Shown here: positions 1 to 7,095 of the stretch, in pieces
How the letters are laid out: every line of letters begins with the position of its first letter
How positions within the stretch are numbered: the first letter of the stretch is position 1
Assembly: GCA_903831005.1 (NCBI GenBank)
Contig: CAIKWA010000158.1
Coordinates: 1 to 49,928 of the forward strand
Length of the DNA: 49,928 bases
Source: an uncultured Opitutia bacterium
GTDB taxonomy: Bacteria; Verrucomicrobiota; Verrucomicrobiia; Opitutales; UBA953
Direction of reading: 5' to 3'
The notes under the pieces: model-generated
What the model was told of the DNA's origin: nothing
Databases searched by the model: none
What the model saw: only the letters and a program-made list of their open reading frames with translations
Position numbers and translations under genes: made by a program

Positions 1-1079
1 CCGTTTACCATGTTGACGATGCGGAAGTTCGGATCGCTGGAGCGGATGAACTCCGACTTGGCGTAGGGGTTACTGATGTGGGTGATGCCATCGACGACCG
101 AGACTTTGGCACGGCGGATGAGTCGCCCGACCGGCTCGGAGATAAGGACATCGCCCCGCAGATCGGCCGGTAGGCGGTCGCCTCGGACGACTTCCTGACC
201 GCACGCGGCGGTGAAATGGTTCAGAGTCTTGTCGAGACGCGTACGTCCGGCGCCGCCTTGGTGGTCGGCGAGGCCGATTTTAGGCCAGACCTGCATGAAG
301 TCCTCGGGGAACTGCGTCTTGATGTCGTAGGCTCCGTAAAGAATCGGGGTCTGGAAATGCCAGAGACCCTTTTCTCCGCCGGCATTGGACCACCAGATCT
401 TGCCTTGGTCATCCTGCGCGAGGCCCCACTGGCCACCACCGCTCGGGATGCTTTCCTTGAGGGGCTCCTTCGCGCCATTCCAACGCAGGCGGTAGGCGTT
501 ATAGGTCTGGTACATCCAGTTATCCATGGTCCAAATCAGGCCGCTCTGCTGGTGCTCGAGATTGCCGCCCTTGGGGCCGCCGACGAACCACGGTTCCTTC
601 GTGTCAGCGATGCCGTCGCCGTTGGTGTCACGATAGACAAAGATATCGAGGGTGTCGGTCTCGTTGATGAGCACCCGATCGTCGAGCGGTAGAACCATAC
701 GCGGGAGGACCATCTTGTCGCGGAAGAGGACGTGCTTATCGAATTTTCCGTCGCCCTTGGTGCTCTCGTGACGCGAGACGACGCCGATGGGGTCGTGCTC
801 GTTCTTACCGTCGATATCCTGCATGTAGGTACGTAGCTCGGCGATGTACATACGACCGTTGCCATCGAAGGTCAGGTTGGCCGGCTCACGCAGGCCGTCT
901 CTCTCGCTGAGGACGAGCTCAAGCCGATAGCCTTCCGGGAGCTCGATGGTCTTCAGCTCATCTTCGGGCGAGAGCGCCTTGACCGGAGGCTGCGGGGTGA
1001 AGTCGGGCTCATAGGGCTTCTCGTCGGCGGCGTAGGCAGCCACGAGGGTAAGCGCAGACAAATAGACGGCGAATCGCAT
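1..1079 (-). CDS. PVC-type membrane-bound-dehydrogenase-domain protein, N-terminal part (gene continues past the left edge)
   Basis: Edge-truncated, so absent from the ORF track. My reverse-strand translation from ATG (complement of 1077-1079) reads MRFAVYLSALTLVAAYAADEKPYEPDF...ELPEGYRLELVLSE...NLTFDGNGRMYIAELRTYMQD...IFVYRDTNGDGIADT... This is a signal peptide followed by the same propeller-type module found in the middle of the 18065..22384 protein. Confidence 0.75.
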   Translation of the reverse strand, partial: MRFAVYLSALTLVAAYAADEKPYEPDFTPQPPVKALSPEDELKTIELPEGYRLELVLSERDGLREPANLTFDGNGRMYIAELRTYMQDIDGKNEHDPIGVVSRHESTKGDGKFDKHVLFRDKMVLPRMVLPLDDRVLINETDTLDIFVYRDTNGDGIADTKEPWFVGGPKGGNLEHQQSGLIWTMDNWMYQTYNAYRLRWNGAKEPLKESIPSGGGQWGLAQDDQGKIWWSNAGGEKGLWHFQTPILYGAYDIKTQFPEDFMQVWPKIGLADHQGGAGRTRLDKTLNHFTAACGQEVVRGDRLPADLRGDVLISEPVGRLIRRAKVSVVDGITHISNPYAKSEFIRSSDPNFRIVNMVN

Positions 1080-1187
1080 AGGGGTATGACTCTTAAATCA
1101 CTTTATTGTTCATTTATTTCAAGCCTCTTCCCGCCTCGCCCTGAAAACGCCTTTGCCATCGGCCAGCGCGTCGGCTTTCTCATCCCC

Positions 1188-2579
1188 ATGCGACCCTTGC
1201 TGCTAGCCGTGCTGACGGTCTTTTCCCTCGGCCTGTCCGCCGCCCGTAAACCGAACATCGTCGTCATCCTGGCCGACGACCTCGGCTACGGCGACTTAGG
1301 TTGCTACGGCCACCCGACGATTAAGAGCCCGCACCTGGACAAGATGGCGTCAGAAGGCCTGCGCTTCACGCAGTTCTACTCTGCCGCCGAGGTCTGCACT
1401 CCCAGCCGAGCCGCGTTGCTGACTGGCCGCTACCCCGTCCGCTCGGGCATGGCACATAACCAGTTCCGCGTTCTCCGCGCCGCTTCCACTGGCGGACTAC
1501 CCGCCTCCGAAATCACGCTCGCGCAGACGCTCAAGGAAGCTGGCTACGCGACGGGCATCATCGGCAAGTGGCACCTCGGCGTCTGGGCCAACAACCAGCC
1601 CCAGCACCACCCGCTCGCCCATGGCTTCGACTTCCATTTCGGCCTGATGCACTCGAACGACATGAATCCGTCCGACAAGCCGAAGCCACCGCGCGCCAAC
1701 GCGCTCGTCGCCCAGGATCCAGAATGGTGGAACGCCGCCCTCTACCGTGGCCGTGAACTCCTCGAACCGCGCACTGACCAAACCCAGCTGACGAAGCGCT
1801 ATGCCGAAGAAGCCACGAAGTTCATCGGTGCGAACAAGGACAAGCCGTTCTTCCTGTATATGCCGCACACCTTCCCGCACACGCCGCTGTTCGCCTCCGA
1901 GCGCTTCAAGGGCAACAGTAGCCGCGGTATCTACGGTGACGTCGTCGCGGAACTCGACTGGAGCGTCGGCGAGGTCCTCAAGGCCCTTAAGGAAAACGGC
2001 GTGGCCGACAATACCCTCGTCTTCTTTACCAGCGACAACGGCCCGTGGTTGCTGATGGGCATCGAAACTGGCGGTAGTGCCGGCCTGCTCAAGGACGGCA
2101 AGGGCAGCACTTGGGAAGGCGGCATGCGCGTGCCTGGCATCGCCTGGTGGCCAGGCAAGATCAAGCCCGGCGTGACTGCTAACGTCGGCACGATGCTGGA
2201 CCTCTTCCCTACCGCCGCGAAGCTCGCCGGCGCCAAGATACCGAATGACCGTCCGATGGATGGCACGGATCTCTCGGCCCTCCTTCTCGAGGAACGTGCC
2301 GTGGATCGCGGGCTCTTCTGCTACTATCGCGGCGAAAAGCTCTATGCCGCGCGTCTCGGCGACTGGAAGATTCATTTCATCACCCAGCCTGCTTGGGGTG
2401 ATAAGCCCATCACCCACGCGAAACCTTTACTGTATAATCTGGAAATCGACCCCTCCGAAGCACACGAGATCTCTGGTGCACATCCAGAGGTCGTCGCGCG
2501 CCTCACCGCCGCCGTCGAGCAGCACCGCGCGACCGTCACCCCGGTCCGCAGCCAATTGATCGACGGCATCGCCAAGTAA
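1188..2579 (+). CDS. Formylglycine-dependent arylsulfatase (sulfatase family S1)
   Basis: ORF 1086..2579. The internal ATG at 1188 gives signal peptide MRPLLLAVLTVFSLGLSAA. Motifs present: ILADDLGYGD metal site and sulfatase signature CTPSRAALLTGR. Confidence 0.9.
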   Translation: MRPLLLAVLTVFSLGLSAARKPNIVVILADDLGYGDLGCYGHPTIKSPHLDKMASEGLRFTQFYSAAEVCTPSRAALLTGRYPVRSGMAHNQFRVLRAASTGGLPASEITLAQTLKEAGYATGIIGKWHLGVWANNQPQHHPLAHGFDFHFGLMHSNDMNPSDKPKPPRANALVAQDPEWWNAALYRGRELLEPRTDQTQLTKRYAEEATKFIGANKDKPFFLYMPHTFPHTPLFASERFKGNSSRGIYGDVVAELDWSVGEVLKALKENGVADNTLVFFTSDNGPWLLMGIETGGSAGLLKDGKGSTWEGGMRVPGIAWWPGKIKPGVTANVGTMLDLFPTAAKLAGAKIPNDRPMDGTDLSALLLEERAVDRGLFCYYRGEKLYAARLGDWKIHFITQPAWGDKPITHAKPLLYNLEIDPSEAHEISGAHPEVVARLTAAVEQHRATVTPVRSQLIDGIAK

Positions 2580-2626
2580 ACGTTCATCCTTCCCTCAGGG
2601 CCGTTTCCGTCCTATCAATATGGCAC

Positions 2627-2702
2627 GGGCCTATAGCTCAACGGTTAGAGCACGGAACTCATAATTCCTTGGTTCTGGGTTCAAATCCCGGTGGGCCCAC
2701 CA
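2627..2702 (+). tRNA. tRNA with anticodon CAT; probably lysidine-type tRNA-Ile2 rather than elongator tRNA-Met; not an initiator
   Basis: 76-nt cloverleaf. Acceptor GGGCCTA/TGGGCCC, D arm GCTC-AACGGTTA-GAGC, anticodon arm CGGAA-CTCATAA-TTCCT, variable TGGTT, T arm CTGGG-TTCAAAT-CCCGG, encoded ACCA end. C4-G69 and C5-G68 resemble E. coli ileX (from memory). Positions 1-72 are paired and the anticodon stem has no GGG/CCC, so it is not an initiator. Confidence 0.9.
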
Positions 2703-2725
2703 ACTTTATCCCCATCGTCAGCGTG

Positions 2726-2989
2726 TCACTCCGGCTTTGCGGGCGGAGCGGCGGGAGCGCGGGCGCACCACTTGAAGCCAAGATGCCAAAGCACCATCCA
2801 GAAAGGCAGGATGCAAGGGTAAGCAGTGATACCCAGCAGGAAAAGTCCGAGCGCGGCATCTGGCTGATCCATCCCAGGGACAAAGTGGCTGCAATACTGG
2901 AAGAAAACTATGGTGTATACGATGAGACCGAGGATGAAGATGCCGCAGGAATTAGACGCGGGGGCTTCAGGTTTTTTCGGCGTACTCAT
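2726..2989 (-). CDS. Small hypothetical membrane protein (2 predicted TM helices)
   Basis: ORF 2726..3028, trimmed to ATG at complement 2987-2989 (MSTPKKPEAP...). Two hydrophobic stretches: GIFILGLIVYTIVFFQY and LGLFLLGITAYPCILPFWMVLW. No homology recognised. Confidence 0.4.
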   Translation of the reverse strand: MSTPKKPEAPASNSCGIFILGLIVYTIVFFQYCSHFVPGMDQPDAALGLFLLGITAYPCILPFWMVLWHLGFKWCARAPAAPPAKPE

Positions 2990-3095
2990 GGCCACCGATA
3001 ATAACACATCACGCGTATGACCGTGCATCGTTAATCCTGATGCAGGGTATCAACGGAGACGAAGAGACTCATGTTCTTGTGCCGGATAGGAGAAC

Positions 3096-3779
3096 TTACT
3101 TGCCCGCATTCTTCGCCTTCTTCGTCGCCAGCTTGGCGGAGAGCTCCTGACCGAGTTCCGCGGCACGCTTCTTGCCGTCGATGACGTTCGAAGGCGAAAG
3201 GCCGGCCACCAACTCCGCCATCCCCGGCTGACTCAATCCCGCCAGACTGGCATAAGCGTAAGCCTCAGCCTCGTCCTTCCAGACGCCCTCCCCCGTCGCA
3301 TAGCAGCGGGCCAGATTCGCTTGGGCGGGCGCAAAGCCCTGATCAGCCGAGAGCCGATACCAATAGACCGCCAGCTTTCGGTCCTGGACGACGGCTTGGC
3401 CGATATAATGACAGACTCCGAAGTTATTCTGGGCGAGAGCTTCGCCTCGCTTCGCAGCCGTGCTGAGCTGGGCGTACGCACGCGCGCTGAGCACCCGCTC
3501 CTTTGGTTCGATGGTTACGCTGGGATGCAGGTGTACGCCCGTCGATTCGATCGCCCAAGCCATGCCGCCGAGTAAGAGCAGCGGGAGCAGCAAAACCGCT
3601 TCAGTCGGGGAGTCGGGCAAGGAGCCATGCATATCACCCGTCTGACAGCCACTGACCCCGGTCATGCAAACCAAAGCCCAGAGTATCCACGCCCTGGAGA
3701 CGCGCGTCAGATTCAAAGATTCACTTCGATTCTGAGAATTTGCGCACGACGGCGTGCCACCTGAAAGGTAAGCTTTCAT
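3096..3779 (-). CDS. Sel1-repeat (SLR/TPR-like) protein with lipobox and second hydrophobic helix
   Basis: Lipobox-like MTGVSGC, then helix AVLLLPLLLLGGMAWAI. Sel1 repeats: EALAQNNFGVCHYIGQAVVQDRKLAVYWYRLSADQGFAPAQANLARCYATGEGVWKDEAEAYAY. The start overlaps the upstream paralog's stop (ATGA). Confidence 0.75.
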   Translation of the reverse strand: MKAYLSGGTPSCANSQNRSESLNLTRVSRAWILWALVCMTGVSGCQTGDMHGSLPDSPTEAVLLLPLLLLGGMAWAIESTGVHLHPSVTIEPKERVLSARAYAQLSTAAKRGEALAQNNFGVCHYIGQAVVQDRKLAVYWYRLSADQGFAPAQANLARCYATGEGVWKDEAEAYAYASLAGLSQPGMAELVAGLSPSNVIDGKKRAAELGQELSAKLATKKAKNAGK

Positions 3780-4414
3780 TGTATTTTGATCTCAGCGGCC
3801 CGGCGCCGAACTGTTTCGATGAATTCGGAGAAAGCTTCCTTCGTCAGGCGCTTCTCCGTGTCCGCCACGACGTAATCTAAACTCGCCTTGGCTTGCTCGT
3901 GGGCCGGTGCGGCCAAACTCCACCAAGCGCAGGCCTCAGTCTTGTCATACTTAACCCCGATTTCGTTGTAATAACAAAGTCCGAGTTCGTTCTGCGCCTC
4001 GGCAAAACCTTGTCTGGCAGATTTTCGCAGCCAGAAGATCGCCTTTACGATATCGCGGGTGGCCCCACGACCATGCAGATAGCAAAAGGCTAGTTCATGC
4101 CGCATCGCCGCATCTCCACTCGATGCCAATCTTTGACACTCATCGAATCGACTTTTACGCGACAACTTCTCCTCCAAGACGACTGCGGCAGCCTTATCCT
4201 TGTCCCTTTCCTTATCCTTTTCAATCGCGTACAGCGCGATCTCATTCGCGATGACAAAGGGTAGAATCATTGCGACAAACGCGCCGCTTCCCTCGCCGCC
4301 TTTATTCTCCGGGTATGGTCGAGAAGCACATCCAGAAGACGCCATCATGCTTACAAAACTTAACAGTAAGACCGACAGGCTATAGAAATACTTTCTGCTA
4401 CTGCGGGGGTGCAT
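3776..4414 (-). CDS. Sel1-repeat (SLR/TPR-like) protein with lipobox and second hydrophobic helix (paralog of 3096..3779)
   Basis: Lipobox MMASSGC, helix AFVAMILPFVIANEIALYAI. Sel1 repeats: AAMRHELAFCYLHGRGATRDIVKAIFWLRKSARQGFAEAQNELGLCYYNEIGVKYDKTEACAWW. Confidence 0.75.
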   Translation of the reverse strand: MHPRSSRKYFYSLSVLLLSFVSMMASSGCASRPYPENKGGEGSGAFVAMILPFVIANEIALYAIEKDKERDKDKAAAVVLEEKLSRKSRFDECQRLASSGDAAMRHELAFCYLHGRGATRDIVKAIFWLRKSARQGFAEAQNELGLCYYNEIGVKYDKTEACAWWSLAAPAHEQAKASLDYVVADTEKRLTKEAFSEFIETVRRRAAEIKIQ

Positions 4415-4450
4415 GATAAGCAGTGTATCACGATGACGTTGCGGGCGTGC

Positions 4451-4465
4451 ATCGATAATATCGAT
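4451..4465. promoter_or_regulatory. Perfect 7-1-7 palindrome ATCGATA-A-TATCGAT in divergent promoter region (possible operator)
   Basis: Read directly from the sequence. It lies 37 nt upstream of the Sel1 operon start and about 180 nt upstream of the K+ channel gene. Confidence 0.3.
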
Positions 4466-4647
4466 AGTCAGACATCCGTCGGAGGATGCAAGGCCACCCG
4501 CAAGCCGCGGCGGAACCAGCGGCCTAAGTCAGACCAAACAGGCTTGGCAGGACTTCCGGCTTCAATAAACAGAGTGCATGGGCCCGCGCCGCCTCGCCTA
4601 ACTCTACAGGGTTGGATGAACCTGAGGCCCGCCTAAAACATTATAAC

Positions 4648-5397
4648 ATGAAGAACGAAGAACAGTTACGTCAGCGCCTTAATCCTTGGGACTGGCTGGT
4701 CCTCGTCGTCGCGGTGGTCTCGTTACTGCTGGTAGTGCTGGAGACCTTCCTCCACATCCCGCCGGGCGCCCTCTCGGTCCTACGCACCGTCGACACGCTG
4801 TCGTGCTTGGTCTTTCTGGCCGACGTCTTCGTGCGCTGGCGACGCGAGAATTACACCGGCAAATACTGGCGCTGGGCCTGGATTGATGTGCTCGCCAGTA
4901 TCCCCTTCGAGCCGGCCTTCCGCTCCTTACAAGCGATCAGAATCTACCGCTTCATCCGCCTGGTTCGGGTGCTCAAGAAACTAAGCACGCTCACCGACGG
5001 CACCTCGCTCAACGAGAAACTGCTCGCCCTGCCCGGCGTCGCCTTCGTCATGGTGCTCTTCAGCACGATGCTCATCGTCGAGGTCGAGCGAGGCGCCCCC
5101 GGCGCCACGATCAAGAACGGCGGCGACGCCCTCTGGTGGGCGCTCACGACCGTCACGACCGTCGGCTATGGCGACACCTTCCCGGTGACGGGCGAAGGCC
5201 GCCTGATCGCCTCGGTGCTCATGCTGGTGGGTATCGCGCTCTTCGGCTCGATGTCCGCCATCGTGACCTCGAAACTCATCCTCCCCAAGGAAACCCGCGA
5301 CCACGAGGAACTCCGCCACGAGATCCGCTCACTCCACGCCGAAATCAAGGAACTCCGGCGCCATCTGCCTGACAAACCACAAGACCCCCATGCGTAA
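4648..5397 (+). CDS. Voltage-gated-type (6TM) potassium channel
   Basis: ORF 4612..5397 starts at TTG; ATG 4648 is preferred. K+ selectivity filter TTVGYGD. S4-like RIYRFIRLVRVLKK. Hydrophobic S1-S3, S5 and S6 segments. Confidence 0.85.
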   Translation: MKNEEQLRQRLNPWDWLVLVVAVVSLLLVVLETFLHIPPGALSVLRTVDTLSCLVFLADVFVRWRRENYTGKYWRWAWIDVLASIPFEPAFRSLQAIRIYRFIRLVRVLKKLSTLTDGTSLNEKLLALPGVAFVMVLFSTMLIVEVERGAPGATIKNGGDALWWALTTVTTVGYGDTFPVTGEGRLIASVLMLVGIALFGSMSAIVTSKLILPKETRDHEELRHEIRSLHAEIKELRRHLPDKPQDPHA

Positions 5398-5959
5398 GAC
5401 CCTGCTCGCCTTGTTCCTGCTCGCCGCCGCCGGCTTCGGCGCCTGGAGCTTCCTCGCGCCTGCGCCCGGCCCGAAGAATCCGATGGAGCGCATGAAGACC
5501 ACCAGCCCCCTCGAGACCGTTCGCGCCCCCAAGACCTTCGGCCCCGCGAGCGTTGTCCGGACTGCCTCGGAAGCCCCTGACAAGGTCACCGCCAAGCGCG
5601 CCCAGATGGAGGAACGCTTCGTCGACCTGAAGGAAGAAGGACGACGGATGCGCGAGGCGCTGATGAGTAGCGACCCCAAGGCTGGCCTCGCCTACCAAAG
5701 CCTCTCGCAACGATCCGATTACCGGGAACTGCTGAACCGACGACACAAGATTGAAGCCGCCTGGGCGAACGCACCAGAAAGCGAACGCGACGGCATGCTC
5801 ACCGAGATGAACAGCCTCCGACAGCAAGGCGTCGGCCTGATCCTCGCCGAGATTCAGCGCATCAATAGCCTACCTATTGCCCCGCTGACAGGCGCACCGC
5901 CGGCAACGGCGACACCGACCGCACCGCCACCCCCGGCCGCACCGGTAGTCTTCCAGTAA
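5390..5959 (+). CDS. Hypothetical secreted or membrane-anchored protein with Pro/Ala-rich C-terminus
   Basis: ATG 5390 overlaps the channel stop (ATGCGTAA). N-terminal signal/anchor MRKTLLALFLLAAAGFGAWSFLA, a charged helical middle, and tail APPATATPTAPPPPAAPVVFQ. No homology recognised. Confidence 0.55.
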   Translation: MRKTLLALFLLAAAGFGAWSFLAPAPGPKNPMERMKTTSPLETVRAPKTFGPASVVRTASEAPDKVTAKRAQMEERFVDLKEEGRRMREALMSSDPKAGLAYQSLSQRSDYRELLNRRHKIEAAWANAPESERDGMLTEMNSLRQQGVGLILAEIQRINSLPIAPLTGAPPATATPTAPPPPAAPVVFQ

Positions 5960-5968
5960 GAGGCTATC

Positions 5969-6982
5969 TCAGGAGCCCCAGCTGAAACGCTCAGGCACCC
6001 AGGCGTATTGGTCGCCTTTCGGCACGACGGTACCGATACCGGGCCACGGAAGATGAAAGCCGAAGGCGCGGGATTTCTCCTTGGCCATGCGCGAAAAGAG
6101 CGTCTTACGCGTCTTGACCGCAGTCTCAGGGTCATGGTCCATCGCGACGGTCCAACCGACGTTGTCGAACATGAGGACGTGGTGGTGGACGACGTCGCTA
6201 ATGTGCACCAGCGACTCTTCGCCGGAACGGATCTCGAAGCAGGCGTGGCCGTCGGTATGGCCAGGGGCGGCGATGACCGTGACGGCGTCATGGAAGAGCT
6301 TCTGGCCATCCTTGGCGATGACGAGCTGGTCCTTGAGGATATCAAAGTTACGGCAGACGGTCTTCACCATGTTCGGCAAAGGCTTCTTATCACGCTTGGA
6401 TTTGGAGAAGTCCGGATTCGGACCGCGCCAGAAATCATACTCTTCCTGCAGGAGGTAGATCTTGGCGTTCGGGAAGGCCGGCTTACCGTTGTCGACGAAC
6501 CCGTCGAGGTGGTCGGAGTGAGAGTGGCTGAGGAAGCCGGTCGTAACCTGCTCGGGCTTGATGCCGAGCTGACGGAGACCCTCGGCAAACCAACCGAAAT
6601 TCGGGTTCGGGTGACGCTCGCCGAAGCCGGCGTCGATCAGCGCGACCTCGTCGCCGATTTTCAGGCCCAAGATATTGACGTAGAGCGGCAGCGCATCAAG
6701 GCGCTCGCGATTGAAGATCAAAGCTTCCTTCATCGTCGGGCGATCGGCCTCCGGCCACATAAGGTCGAGCCCCTGCTTGAAGAGCATGTGACCGTCGCTA
6801 ATCGAGAAGGCTTCGATCTTGCCGATATTGAACTTGTAGACGTAAGGGTTGGGCGGACGCTTCACCGAGACCTTCGGGACATCGGCCGCGGCAAGCCGGG
6901 ATGAGGTCGCCAGGCCAGCGAGGACGAAAGCGGCGGAGCCGAGGAATTCCCGGCGGGACGAGGGTTGGATTTCGGGAGGCAT
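5969..6982 (-). CDS. Tat-exported MBL-fold metallo-hydrolase (lactonase-like)
   Basis: Twin-arginine signal SSRREFLGSAAFVLAGLATS. Zinc motif HSHSDHLDG (HxHxDH). Later motifs GHTDGH and HISD. Confidence 0.85.
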   Translation of the reverse strand: MPPEIQPSSRREFLGSAAFVLAGLATSSRLAAADVPKVSVKRPPNPYVYKFNIGKIEAFSISDGHMLFKQGLDLMWPEADRPTMKEALIFNRERLDALPLYVNILGLKIGDEVALIDAGFGERHPNPNFGWFAEGLRQLGIKPEQVTTGFLSHSHSDHLDGFVDNGKPAFPNAKIYLLQEEYDFWRGPNPDFSKSKRDKKPLPNMVKTVCRNFDILKDQLVIAKDGQKLFHDAVTVIAAPGHTDGHACFEIRSGEESLVHISDVVHHHVLMFDNVGWTVAMDHDPETAVKTRKTLFSRMAKEKSRAFGFHLPWPGIGTVVPKGDQYAWVPERFSWGS

Positions 6983-7038
6983 CGGGGTAGCCGAAACCTA
7001 TCGAAGCCCCGATTTCACTCCAGTCCAAATATGCCCCA

Positions 7039-7072
7039 CCAAACAAAACGGGCGCCCCAGAGGACGCCCGTT
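7039..7072 (-). terminator. Rho-independent terminator downstream of the metalloprotease gene
   Basis: The minus strand reads AACGGGCGTCCTCTGGGGCGCCCGTT followed by TTGTTTGG. The 8-bp GC-rich outer stem is AACGGGCG/CGCCCGTT. It sits 24 nt after the stop at 7096. Confidence 0.6.
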
Positions 7073-7095
7073 CTAAATCAAAATCGCCAGGCTCG

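Noticed and set aside
1497-2417. Long antisense or out-of-frame ORFs inside recognisable genes. Examples: 1497..2417(-), 6008..6904(+), 8104..9042(+), 11933..12775(+), 12798..13586(-), 21077..22306(-), 23079..24059(-), 27530..28552(-), 35105..36019(-).
   Set aside because: Each lies opposite or out of frame to a gene with clear family motifs (sulfatase, MBL, metzincin, DnaG, YchF and so on). Their translations are Arg/Ala/Gly/Pro-rich low-complexity strings, typical of stop-poor alternative frames in high-GC DNA.
2669-3001. A 110-aa plus-strand ORF starting inside the tRNA gene.
   Set aside because: It overlaps the tRNA 3' half, has no motif, and the opposite-strand ORF has two convincing TM helices. 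I kept the minus-strand small membrane protein, at low confidence.
3666-3680. A DnaA-box-like GTATCCACG, and recF nearby, as a hint of a replication origin.
   Set aside because: It is a single imperfect box inside a coding region. There is no AT-rich unwinding element or box cluster, and dnaA/dnaN are not adjacent to recF here.
4409-4636. A 75-aa ORF filling the Sel1/K+ channel intergenic region.
   Set aside because: The translation is basic and low-complexity, without hydrophobic or structural pattern. The region reads better as promoter or leader, containing a palindrome and hairpins.
2703-4647. Calling the tRNA-adjacent low-GC block an integrative mobile element.
   Set aside because: It has no integrase, excisionase or transposase. 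I could not find a direct repeat of the tRNA 3' end (…TCCCGGTGGGCCCACCA) at the far boundary. I report it only as a compositional islet.
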